Of a stretch of DNA of 64,000 nt, positions 50,107 to 62,549 are shown piece by piece; the stretch's first letter is position 1, and each line of letters starts with the position of its first letter. Position numbers and translations under genes: made by a program. The notes beneath the pieces are model-generated. The model was not told the origin of the DNA, searched no databases, and saw only the letters and a program-made list of their open reading frames with translations. Origin of the DNA: Octopus sinensis (Eukaryota). Location of the stretch: contig NC_043001.1 of NCBI RefSeq assembly GCF_006345805.1, forward strand, positions 28,768,001-28,832,000. The letters are read 5' to 3'.

Positions 50107-50691
50107 GTAGCAAACAGTTTTATCAAAATAAATTTTTAAGATAATAAGTATGATTCAACAACAAAACCTCTCGACCTTACTGATCAACCTATTAAAAATA
50201 GCAACCAAATCGCTTTCAAATTATACGTTACAGTCTAAACGAAAACCCGCCAAAAGAAGGACACATTGGATAGTGCAGTCTTATATCAAGCTTGAGTGAA
50301 AGATAGGGTGGTCATGACTGGAATGTCTCTGATCATAGGACTGCTAGATAAGGACTATGTGAGACTAAACAACCACAACAAATAAAAATAATAAACAAGA
50401 AAAACAAAATAACAAACACGTTACAAAGAGAATGGAAGTAAACACGTAGCACAGAAATGTCAATTAAGATCTTTGACATGCAATTAGATTATGAATAAAA
50501 ACAATATAAAATAAGTGTCGATTTAAACCCATTGTGTGAAGTATATAGAAAACAGACGTGAAAAAGCACAAAGAGAAAACGAAAATGTGGGTAGCCGTCA
50601 CTGGAAAATGTGTCACATAATTGACAGCAATTAACGCCTTCATTTTGTGGAACTATCTATGTCTGTGTGTATGTGTATATATATATATATG

Positions 50692-51008
50692 GTTACTAAG
50701 TAATGTAGTGTCCAGTGAGTGTAGTTTACATAGTTTAAACACTATTATACAAACAAAAAAGTCTTTAAAACGTTCTAGATATCTATGGATCAATGTGAAA
50801 TTACAAAACAAAAATAACTTATTGACTACAGCTATTATATATATATTTATTTATTTATATATAGTTACTAAGTAATGTAGTGTCCAGTGAGTGTAGTTTA
50901 CATAGTTTAAACACTATTATACAAACAAAAAAGTTTTTAAAACGTTCTAGATATCTATGGATCAATGTGAAATTACAAAACAAAAATAACTTATTGACTA
51001 CAGCTATT
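50692..51008 (+). repeat. 145-bp near-identical tandem duplication
   Basis: 50692-50836 vs 50864-51008, one mismatch, separated by a TA-rich spacer. Confidence 0.9.
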
Positions 51009-51014
51009 TATATA

Positions 51015-51048
<34 letters not shown>

Positions 51049-53148
51049 TATATATATATATCTATATATATATAGAGAGAGAGAGAGAGATAGAGAGATA
51101 TAATAAATATATATACACATACACAAATAAATATATATACACATACACAAACACACAATTACTCAGTAGTGCAGTATTCAGTGATTATTACATCAGAAAA
51201 GTTTTATAACGATCTGGACTTTTACCTTTTTATATGAATCTGAATTTAAAGAGAGAAAAAAATACAAATCAACTACAGCCTTTATAAGGAATAATATATA
51301 TATATTATATATATATTATATCAATGAAGCTTTGTTTGCATGTATGCGTATATGTGTGTAGTGTTTTAAAAAGTAACATTTTCAAATCACTCACCGTGCT
51401 TGATAAACACACACAAGCATGTGTGTATGTTTATGTAGAATGTAGAACTATTTAGACAAGTTGCATTAACAAGTGTGAATTAAAAAGATGCTAATGTATA
51501 ATTTCCGAGAGAATTTAGATAGCTTTAACCACTTTAAAATGCTTTAAGTATGCCATAAAATCCCTTCTCACATCTTATATATACAATATATACATGGGCT
51601 TATATATATTATATACAAAATACGAGGACGTCGAACTTAAAGTTTGTAGAAATGTCCGCACCGGTTGACAAAACTTTTTCACCCTCTCTCTCTCTCTCTT
51701 CGGTGCCTCACCGACACTCCTATGTCCTATTTATTTTGTCATCTACCATCTAATCACGTTTTTCCTCATTTTCCCCGTCCCTCACTCACTCTCTCTTTGT
51801 CTCTCTCTCTCTTATTTAATTTCTCCCCATCCCCCTCTCACTCCCTCTGATTTACTTCTCTCTTTTTTCTCCTTCCCTCACTCTCTCTAAGATCCTACCT
51901 TTCTTTTTTCTTCATCACTCTATATATTTTCTCTCTTTCCCCCCCGCAGCCCTCTTTCCTTCTTTATTTTCTCCCTCCCTCCTTCTCTCCTACGTACATT
52001 CTCTTCCTTTTTTCCCTTCCTCCCTCGCCCTCTCTTTCTACGATGCACCTCTCTCTCTCTCTCTCTCTCATAAACACATATCTATCTTTATTAGTACCCC
52101 TCTCTCTAATATCCTAAGCTTCTCTCTTAAAGAGCTGTTTACCAGACAATTCTTTCTCTATGTCACAGTTATCTCTTATACATATTTATTTGTCTCTCTC
52201 CCTCTCCCTGGTTATTCTCTTTCTTTCTTGGTTTTTACCCCCTGCAAATCCTTCCTGCCATGTCGTACTCTTTTGCGCTGTCTTATTTTTCGTTATTCCA
52301 GCTTCTCTCTCATCTCTCTTTTCTCTTTTTTCAGCTCTTCTGACCACTATATATATGTATATTCCAATTTTACCCTGTCCCATCTACTCCTCCAAAGTTT
52401 TTTCTCTTAGCGTCGGCAATACTTTAGTTAATTTATTCCCTCATCAAAAAATGACAACACGTTTTTAAAACTTTATTAATGCGTCTTTTATGTAGATTTA
52501 AATTTACTTTCTGTTTTATATCTCATATTTTCTATCGCCAAACCTATATTTTCTGGTTAACATAACTTCTTTTTGTTTAGATTTTCTTTTTTTTTACTTA
52601 TATTATACTTCGGATAAATTTGCCTTTTATAAATATTTAGACATTTTCCTGGTGTTTGGGGTTTTTTTTTCTTTTTTCGGTTTCGACTGAGCTTTCTTTG
52701 ACTCGCTTTGATAAAATTATTGAAGTTATATCGATAAAATTGGAAGTTATCATATATACATGTTTTACTGTTTTAAAGCATTATCTAGTTTAAATCCACT
52801 AAAAAAAATTACCAAATAATGGGAAATTGAATAAAGAATTAATCCGCTTTTACTTAATCTGTTACAGAGAAACAATGACTTCGAAACTCGAGTTTCTTTC
52901 TCTGCAGTACCCTAGTTCGGGTAGGAGTTCTTTTGGGGTTTTTTTTTTTAGCGGTGGGGTGCGGCCGGGTAGGGTTTGTTATTTTGTGTCTTTTCCTTTT
53001 TCTCACATGACTAAGAAGAAAACTAATTTTTCTTGTGCGACCAAAATGCTGGTTCGAATGCTTGTGAATGAGAAACAGGTGGTGATGTTAACCTGGGCAA
53101 CACATTAAGTCTAACACCCAAGAAATACAGCCGGTTAATATTCTAGAT

Positions 53149-53984
53149 TAGTGGTTTTCAACCAGAGTCTATGTAGCCCTCTGGAGATCCATACAAGATT
53201 TTTTTGTTAAAATTTATCAACAATAAATTTATTAAACTTCTACAATACACAAAATATAATTTTTTTAAACAATTCCTAATAATATTTAATTACAAAAATA
53301 TCATCTTCATCATTTAACGTCCACTTTCCATACTGGCATCGGTTTGACTGGAACTGGTAAGCTGGAGAGCTGCAACAGGTTCCAGTCTGATTTGTCATGG
53401 TTTCTATGGCTGGATGCCCTTCCTAATGCCAACCACGCCAAGAGTGTAATGGATGCTTTTTACAGGCCACCAGCATGGGTGCCAATAGCCACGACAACAG
53501 TTTCACTTTGCTTAACTTGTCTTCTCAAGCACCCCATATCGCCAAGGTCTCAGTCACTTGTCATCACTTCTGTGAGGCTCAACATTCAAACGTCATGCTT
53601 CACTACCTCGTCCTTGCCTCTGTGAGGCCCTACATTCGAAAATCATGCTATCCGAAACAGTCACAGTTACAATTTCACAGGTGCCATTTATATGACACCA
53701 GCAACAGCCATGACTACAATTTCATTTGACTTGACCAGTCTTCTCATGCAAAGCATATCGCTAATGGTCTCAGTCACTAGTAACTGCCTCCATGAGACCT
53801 AACATTCAAGGATCATGTTTCACCACCTCATGTCTTCCTGGGTCTACCTTTTCCACAGATTCCCTCCATGGTTAGAGATCGGCACTTCTTTACACAGCTG
53901 TCCTTGTCCATATGCATCAAATAACTTAGGAGGACTCATCCTAGGAAAACACGGGTCAAAAGGGTCCATGGTTAAGGAACACTG
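53149..53984. mobile_element. hAT (Charlie/Buster-like) MITE containing an RTE 3'UTR insertion (about 53301-53915, minus)
   Basis: TIRs TAGTGGTTTTCAACC / rc CAGTGTTCCTTAACC. Flanks TTCTAGAT / CCCTAGAT. Confidence 0.7.
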
Positions 53985-54469
53985 CCCTAGATGAATGTTG
54001 ACTCTTAAATGAAGAAAGAAAACAAAACCCTTACCTCCAAGACAGGTGAGAGATAGAGGAAGTTATTTTCAAACCAAAGGCCTAGCTTGTAACTGTGTTG
54101 GGTGTCCTAAAGGCACCTAAAATGCCAGGTAGTTATACCAAAATGGGTGTTAGATTAAGTCAGCTATCCAAGCAGACCACAGCAGGATTTGAACTCAGAA
54201 TGCAAGGAGCTAGAACAAATACCACAAGGCTTCCTATTCAAATTTCTTATAGCTCCACAGGCTGAATGGAAATAAACTTGCTTCCCAACTACGGAGTTAT
54301 GGGTTCAATTCCACTGTGTGACACCTTGGGGAAGTGTCTTCTATTATAATTTCAGGCTAACCAAAGCCTTGTGAGTAAATTTCATAGATGGAAACTGAAA
54401 AAAAAGCATATCGTGCATACATGTGTGGGTGTGGGTGTATGTGTACATATACGTATATATGTATATACT

Positions 54470-54859
54470 CTTTACTCTCTTTTACTCTTTTACTTGTTTC
54501 AGTCATTTGACTGTGCCCATGCTGGAGCACCGCCTTTAGTCGAGCAAATCGACCCCAGGACTTATTCGTTGTAAGCCTACTACTTATTCTATCAGTCTCT
54601 TTTGCCGAACCGCTAAATGACGGGGACGTAAACACACCAGCATCGGTTGTCAAGCGATGTTGGTGGGGGGGATAAGGACAGACACTCAAACACACACACA
54701 CACATGTATATATACATACATATGACGGGCTTCTTTCAGTTTCCGTCTACCAAATCCACTCACAAGGTTTTGGTCGGCCTGAGGCTATAGTAGAAGACAC
54801 TTGCCCGGAACCATGTGGTTGGTAAGCAAACTACTTACCACACAGCCACTCCTACACCT
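54470..54859 (-). mobile_element. OR-type SINE
   Basis: Family consensus. A plus-strand head fragment lies just upstream at about 54270-54420. Confidence 0.85.
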
Positions 54860-55824
54860 ATATATATTCTTTTATTCTTTTACTTGTTTCAGTCATTTGA
54901 CTGCAGCCTTGAAAATTAAATAAGTTCTGCAGTTGATTTGTTCAACTAAACCCTTCAAGGCAGTGCCCCAGCATGGCCACAGCCCAATGATTGAAACAAG
55001 TCAAAGATAAAAGATAACTTTGCATCCTAGATTAGAATTTTTTCATCAAAAGGATGAAAGGCAAAGTTGAACTCAGAGCAAATGTCACAACAAATACTGC
55101 AACACATTCAATCCAATGTTCTTTGTCACAAAGAATGCGACAATTTCAAGAAATTTAAAGAATTTCAGGAAATTTAAAATCAAACTAGTATAACAACAAC
55201 ATATCAGATAATCATAAACGTGTGCAGTTTTTCTCCAAATTCTTTTAATAGAGGTAAGAGGAGAAGGGGTGAAAGCAAGAATACAAAGAAATTCCAAATT
55301 TTCCAGGGTGGCGCTATGTAATCTAAGCCATCAACATGTACCATACAGTAACCATACTGTAATCATACATGTACCACTCGCAAGGGTGGTAAAATATGAT
55401 ACAATTATTCAATGTGAATTAAAAGCTAATGATTTCTTTTCTCTTCATTTTGAGTAACTAAAATTTGGTCGTGATGATGGAGGGGGGCTCAAATTAGCAT
55501 CTTAACACCCACTTAATTGCACTCATTAATGCACAAGGTCAGACTCAGTCCTCACTGTCTAATGTCTCTTTTGTCTAATTAATTTAGAGCTCAGAGTTGT
55601 CTCCCTTGACTTTCTTGTTCAGAATTTGTCATCAATACTAAAAATTTTCTTTCTTTCCTCTGTGGAAACTGCCATTTAACGTTTCGAGAATAATGCCTTA
55701 CAACATTGATATTTCCTAATTAAAAAAGACAATCTTGCTTATTTCTTACCATTCTGTAGATCTCATTACAGTTAAAGAGAAAAAGGAAACCACTTATTTT
55801 GCATATTACTTTTAAATAATATTC

Positions 55825-56232
55825 TTTTATTCTTTTATCCTGTTACTTGTTTCAGTCACTTGACTGCAGCCATGCTGGAGCACCACCTTGAAGGGTTTTA
55901 GTCAAACAAATTGACCCCGGGACTTACATTTTTTTCTAGAATCCTGGTACTTATTCTATCAGTCTCTTTTTGCCAAACCACTGAGTTACGGGGACGTAGA
56001 CACACCAACACCAGTTGTCATGTGGTGTTACGGGAACAAACATGGACACAAATGCACACACACACATACATATATGACAGGCTTTTTCAGTTTCCATCTA
56101 CCAAATCCACTCACAAGGCTTTGGTTGACCCAAGTCTATAGCAGAAGACACTTGCCCAAGGTGCCATGCAATGAGACTGAACCTGGAACCATGTGGTTGT
56201 GGAGCAAGCTTCTTACCACTCGGTCATGCCTA
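55825..56232 (-). mobile_element. OR-type SINE, diverged
   Basis: Family motifs. Confidence 0.8.
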
Positions 56233-56549
56233 TCTACAAAAAAAAACCTTTCCTAAGATAAATAATAAAGATTTCTAACTGATACCTGAATTTCTGAGAT
56301 GAGAAATTATCATTATTATACACTGATACATTTAGATAAGTGTTCTCATCTTGGTTGTTATAGTCACAAAATTTTGACTGTTGTACTCTCCAATGATCTT
56401 TAAGGATTAACAATACTTTCTAGGCTTAGACCAGCTTATAGTTTTATACATTTCTAAACAACAAAAGGTTAGAGGAACCAATTCATTATAAAAGATCTCA
56501 TACTTATTTATTGTAATTGATTCTTCCCTCTCTCAAATGAGAGGTCTTT

Positions 56550-57065
56550 GTCTTGCAGGTTACTTGGTGATGATACTGGTAATGGTGCCATGTAAAAAGC
56601 ACCTGTGCTGGTGACACGTAAAAAGCATGTGTGCCATTGCAATGTGAAAACCATATGAGCCAGTGTCACATAAAGAGCATCTGTGTTGGATCCACATAAA
56701 AAGCATTTATGTCACTTCCACGTATAAAGCACCTGTGCTGGTGTCACATAAAAAGCATGTGTGCTATTGCAATGTGAAAGCCATATGAGACAGTGTCACA
56801 TAAAGAGCATCTGTGCTGGTGACACATAAAAAGCATTTATGTCACTACCATGTAAAAAGCACCTGTGTTGGTGCCACATAAAAAGTAGTTGCTACACTCT
56901 ACAAAGTGGTTGACATTGGGAAAGACGGTCTGTCGTCAAAACCATGCCAAAACGGACAACTGGAGCCTGGCACAGCTTTCCGACTTGCCAGATCCTGTCA
57001 AACCATCTGCCAGGAGGGAAAATGGACATTAAACAATAGTGATGTTGATGATGATGATGACGATG
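56550..57065 (+). mobile_element. RTE 3'UTR/tail with a 26-bp repeat arranged as a 130-bp higher-order unit
   Basis: ACCTGTG(C/T)TGGTG at 56601, 56731 and 56861; family tail ending in (GAT)n. Confidence 0.8.
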
Positions 57066-57269
57066 ACGAGGATTAATATCTCAGGAATTTAAAACCTCTT
57101 AAAATATTTTTGATCCAAGACCTCTTAAAAATAGTTTTAAGAGGTCTTGGGCCAAAAATATTTTAAGAGGTCTTAAATTCCCGAGATATTGATCCTCCTC
57201 CTCCTCCTCTTTCTCCTCCTCCTCTTCCTCCTCCTCCTCCTCCTCTCCTCCTCCTCCTCCTCCTCCTCC

Positions 57270-57308
<39 letters not shown>

Positions 57309-57330
57309 CCATTGTTAAATGTCTGTTTTC
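57018..57330. repeat. Fold-back palindrome with asymmetric trinucleotide expansion
   Basis: 63-bp inner arms 57068-57130 / from 57135, 4-nt loop. The outer arms carry the RTE tail. Confidence 0.85.
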
Positions 57331-57401
<71 letters not shown>

Positions 57402-57819
57402 GATGATGATATAAGGTGGCAAGCTGGCAGAAATGTATGCTGGGTGAAATGCTTAGCGGCATTTCGTCTGTCTTTACGTTCTGAGTTCAAATTCCACCGA
57501 GGTCAACTTTGCCTTTCATCCTTTCAGGTAAAAATACGCAAACTCCATTTATTACATTGATACATGGGCAACAGACATAGTATATTTGATGGCATAAAAG
57601 ACACATGAGCATATTAGACGCACCTCAATTTCTGCATTGCATTTTCTAGGAAAAAGTTTTTAATGCATTAAAGTATATAATATTGGCTCAAATTTGCATA
57701 TCGGACCCAGGATGATTTTCTAGAGACATTTTTTGTGGGGTGGTGGAAAAATAAGTGTGTCTTGTATGCTATAAAATACAGCATTGACTGTGTTCCCATT
57801 TATGCTAGCACATGTACAT

Positions 57820-58229
57820 ATATGTAGGGTGTGTGTGTGTGTATGTGTGTGTGTGTGTACATGTGTGTATGTGTCTGTGTCATGTGTGTCTGTGTGTGTG
57901 TGTGTGATGTGTGTGAGTGTGTGTCTGTGTCTATGTGTGTTGTGTGTGTGTGTTGTGTGTGTCTGTGTCGCTGTGTGTGTGTTGTGTGTGTGTGTGTGTG
58001 TGTCTGTATCTGTGTCTCTGTGTGTATGTTGTGAGTGATGTGTGTGTGTGTGTTGTGTGTGTCTGTATTTGTGTCACTATGTGTGTGGTGTGTGTGTGTT
58101 TGTATCTGTGTCTCTGTGTCACCGTGTATGTGTGTTTGTGTCTGTGTCACTGTGTGTGTGTTGTGTGTGTGATGTGTGTGTATTGTGTATGTGTGTGTGT
58201 GTTTTTGTATCTGTGTCTTTGTGTGTATG

Positions 58230-58270
<41 letters not shown>

Positions 58271-58280
58271 TGTGTGTGGT
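57820..58280. repeat. Cryptic (TG)n minisatellite
   Basis: Direct reading. Confidence 0.95.
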
Positions 58281-59017
58281 AGAGTAATTGTATATCATTG
58301 TAATTGTGTTTTCCATCCCTCTCTCTGCTTCTTTGCTTCTACTCCTTTATCTTCTCCTTATTCTTTTATCTCACCACTACTTCAACACTGCTTTGAACTG
58401 TAATTCTGTGTGTGAATGTCTGATATATTGTACCTAGTTATTTTCCTACCCACCCTTTTATCCCCCACATTACTTTAATCAGTGACATTAACTACCCCTT
58501 GTCATATCTATCTACCTGTCTGTCCAACTTTTTTTTACCTTACCTCTTTCATTCACCTTGAATCCTCAGCTTCTCACCTTCTTGTTTGGTAATCCTTTTG
58601 CCAACCAAACCAGTCCCTCAACTTTGGTTTTAGCCCCAATTTCCCTAACTGTCAGATGAGCCAAAGTAAAGAAATATTATTTCGTATAATCTTTCTGGCA
58701 AATAGACTTTATTTTACTGATTTCCCTTTTTTCTGTTGCAGATGTTAATTTTTTTTTTTTTTTTTAAATTCCAGATTCCACCCTATTTAAATATTATTTT
58801 AATAAAGAAATATTCTTAATGGAGGGAGGAAGTAAGAAATTCTGGGAAGAAGTGAACAGCAGAAAGTCTTCAAAAAGAAACCTCACCACGTTATGCAAGT
58901 GTTTCAGCTTTTTACTCCTTGCAGTGATTTTATTTCCCGACCCAGAAATTTTTTTTTTTTACAAAACAACAAAGTGGTTAAAATTTCGGCAACTTAGCTT
59001 CTGTATGTGTATACACA

Positions 59018-59046
<29 letters not shown>

Positions 59047-59051
<5 letters not shown>

Positions 59052-59862
59052 TCTTGAACTCTGCTGTGCTTGCACACTAAGTTTTAACATTCTAGTTCAC
59101 TTCCACTGTTTACAGCAGTGCTTGAAAGGAAGGTGTGTAGCATGTGATTGTTTCATTGACCATGACAGAGAAAGTTAAGTTGAGAATCTGCATCAAATTT
59201 TACCAAAAGCTTGGCAATACCTGCTCAGGGGCCTACATAAAGTTTTCTAAAGTTTTCATAGTTCTCAGTACAATCAAGGAGATCTTGTACAACTGAAACC
59301 CAAGTGTCCTTTTGGTCAGCTGAAAGTGGGTTTATCACAAACTTGGCAACATGTATCTCATTCCCAGAATCTTCAGTGATAATGGACTGAATTGAACTGT
59401 AACTAATCTGCACATTCTCTGATAACTCAAACATGGCGATTCGGTGATTTCCCCCTCACCGCTGCATGCACATCTGCAATGTTTTTCTCAGTTCAGCTGG
59501 TTGCAGGTCTCCCAGAATGTTCATCAATATCAACATTTTTGTGGCCATCTTGGAAACTTCTGAGCCATTCATACACTTGTGTGTGGCTCATACACTCCTC
59601 TCCCTACACTTTCTGCAACTTTGCATAGGCCTCTGAGCAGGTATCACCATGACAACTTTCTCTGTCATGGTCAATGCAACAATAACATGCTACACACCTT
59701 CCTTCCAAGCACTGCTGTAAACAGCAGAAGTGTGCTAGAACATTAAAACTTAGTGTGCATGCACAGAAGTGTTCAAAGTCAATCTTTGCCAAGTGGCTTC
59801 ACTCTGCATGCTTTAGCTTCAATACTATGACAATAGTCCGGATACTTATTGATCAGACCTTG
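59047..59862. mobile_element. Mariner 5' half (minus, about 59232-59862) fused to an inverted copy of its own 5' end (plus, about 59047-59236)
   Basis: Minus: TIR CAAGGTCTGATCAATAAGTATCCGGACT and HTH region ...ELSENVQISYSSIQSIITED. Plus: MTEKVKLRICIKFYQKLGNTCSG. Confidence 0.8.
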
Positions 59863-59888
59863 TTTCTCTCCTTGTTTTTTTCTGTGTA

Positions 59889-59926
59889 TCTTTCTGTCGA
59901 AGAGCGTGGGCTCGAAACGTAAAAGA
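59889..59926 (+). ncRNA. Minimal hammerhead-like motif in a third Penelope-type fragment
   Basis: TCTTT-CTGTCGA-A-GAGC-GTGG-GCTC-GAAA-CGT-A-AAAGA. Stems are intact; the core has A6->T. Confidence 0.45.
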
Positions 59927-60014
59927 CTTTTTCTATTCCTGAGCGCTATACTAATACATTTGTTTGTTTGTACTTCAGCTGCCTTCGTCTTTTGCTTATT
60001 TTCATAAACTTTCC

Positions 60015-60059
<45 letters not shown>

Positions 60060-60077
60060 TAATCCAAACATGAAAAC

Positions 60078-60139
<62 letters not shown>

Positions 60140-60205
60140 TATATATATAACTATTTGGACTTTGGGTATATGTCTATTAGTATGTTGATTAAAGCAGGAC
60201 TGGCA

Positions 60206-60556
60206 GGATTGTAAAGTTACATGTCTGAAGACATGTTATTTGGATACTGTTCTTTTTTAGTATATGAAGTTTTGACTCATGGAGATTAATCTGTTATCCC
60301 AGAAATGCCAGTTATGTTCCGAAGATTCACTCTCAATATTGTTATCAAAGGAGTACATTATAAACAGATTTACGGAACAATTACCCAGGTGCCTGCATGC
60401 ATCTAAACACACATTCACATATTACAATCTAAACCATACCTAACTAATGCAAACTTAGCACCCACAATTCGGATTAATCTCCTTGAGTTAAAACCTCATA
60501 TACTAAAAAAGACAATATCCGAATAACATGTATTTAGACATGTAACTTTACAATCC
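60206..60556. mobile_element. MITE with ~86-bp TIRs
   Basis: 60206-60292 is the reverse complement of 60471-60556 (GGATTGTAAAGTTACATGTCT...). Confidence 0.75.
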
Positions 60557-60668
60557 AGATGTGTATATGTATATAGATATATGTATCTATATATGTATGT
60601 ATATATGTATGTATGTGTCAATATATATATGTGTATATATATAATGTAAAATACAATTGTGTATATCA

Positions 60669-61234
60669 TTGGGTTGTCTGGAAAGTTCATGCCGATTTTT
60701 AAAGGAAAGAAAAAGGTCAATAAATACTTGCCATTACATTTTTAATCAACTAAATACGAACCATTTTGTTGCACAATGCGTCTCCATCTTTCCTTTAACT
60801 TGAAAATACCCTCTTCCCAGAATTGAGGAGGTTTCATGGCAAAGAATTCAACGAGGTATCTTTTTATGTCATCCAAGGAATTGAAATTTTTACTATTAAA
60901 ACTATTCTGCAGAGACCTGAATAAGTGGAAATCCAAAGGAGCAATATCTGGTGAATATGGAGGGTGGGGTAACACATCTCAGTCGAGCTGTAGCAATTTT
61001 TGTCTGGTTCCCAAGGCATCAAGTGCCGAAAATGAACTTTCTTATCTTCCATTTTAAAGGGTTACAGAATTAACACAGGTTATAGGAACATAAACCTTCT
61101 TCCACGAAAAGATAGCTTAAACTGTTCTCTAAATGGAGGTGTAGTCAAATCCTATCTTATGGACTCAACCATGTTCTAAAATAAGTCGAAAGGTAAGCTA
61201 CAATAAATCGGCACAAACTTTCCAGACAACCCAA
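60669..61234 (-). mobile_element. Internally deleted mariner, second 566-bp copy
   Basis: TIRs, right TA. LPHPPYSPDIAPLDFHLFRSLQN...RWRRIVQQNGSY. Confidence 0.92.
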
Positions 61235-61589
61235 TATTATTATATATATATGTCTGTATGTATGTGTATGTACACACATACACACACGCTGAGATTTTAT
61301 ACTAGCTCAAGTTCACAGATTCATAGAGAGTAGGAAAACAGTTTATGGAACTGAATCCAGGATTTGCTTGATCTACTAGAGATAGCAGCCAAATATCTGG
61401 CCTCAGAAAAAAGACACATTGGATAATGTGGTTCTGAGTTAGAAAAAAATGAGATCGTCATAGCTGCAATTCCTTTATCATACATCTGTCCAGTTAAGAT
61501 TATCCTAGGGCTAAACAATAACTGCAACAACATCCTTGAAAAGATGAAAGACAAAGTTGACATAAGTACATTTAAACTCAAATCATATA

Positions 61590-61825
61590 TCCTATTTCTT
61601 TATTGCCCACAAGGGGCCAAACACAGAGGGGACAAACAAGGACAGATAAATGGATTAAGTTGATTATATCGACCCCAGTTGCATAACTGGTACTTATTTA
61701 ATCGACCCCGAAAGGATGAAAGGCAAAGTCGACCTCGGCAGAATTTGAACTCAGAAAGTAAAGACAGATGAAACACCGCTAAGTATTTCATCCGGCGTGC
61801 TAACGTTTCTGCCAGCTCACTGCCT
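61590..61825 (-). mobile_element. Second-family SINE
   Basis: Family motifs. Confidence 0.85.
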
Positions 61826-62059
61826 TTCAAGTCACATATCTTACAAAGAACATAATACTGGAAACCATTTAGACCAGTGCTTTATTGTTTTCCCCATTCC
61901 ACTAGCATTGAATTCTGGGATGTAATTCAAGGAAAATTTGGCAGCCATTTCTTGTAGGTTGATCAGCAACATAGAGGTTCCCTTATTGGCTTGCAGTTAG
62001 TAGACTTGAGTGGGGGAGTTGAAGCTATTGTATTTATAGGATGCTGCTTTAAATGAAAC

Positions 62060-62275
62060 ATGAAATTCCTGCCATTACCATCTCATCTGACACCAACACT
62101 GCCACTAACACCAACTTCACCAATACTGTTAACGCCACCACCACCACCAACAACATCACCACAAATTGCACCGACACCACTAACACCAGCATCACTCTCA
62201 GCAGTACCACCACCACCACCACCACTACCAATGCCGCCACCGCCGCTACAACCACCACCAAAATCACCAGCAAAA
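62060..62275. repeat. Degenerate (ACC/CAC)n trinucleotide tract
   Basis: Direct reading. An (AAT)n tract also lies at about 62466-62526. Confidence 0.8.
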
Positions 62276-62460
62276 ATTACTTTCAGCCTGACTAGTCTAC
62301 TATTAATCATGACTCTGGCCAGAAATAAAACTGGCTACAGGAAAAAAAGTTAGATGGTATTTTGAACTTTGACCTATTGAAGTTTTAAATAAGGGAAGTC
62401 AATCTACTTTTTATTCATTTATTTATCACTTTTTTTTTACAAAATTTATCTAATGATGAG

Positions 62461-62528
<68 letters not shown>

Positions 62529-62549
62529 CCTACAATGCACAACACACAC

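Noticed and set aside
57163-57490. Poly-D/E/R ORFs
   Set aside because: Translation of (CCT)n(CAT)n microsatellite.
60303-60388. Exon-like open segment
   Set aside because: It lies in the spacer of a MITE with 86-bp TIRs, and two frames are open.
62053-62353. Mucin-like Thr-rich ORF
   Set aside because: A degenerate ACC tract open in several frames, with no splice or homology support.
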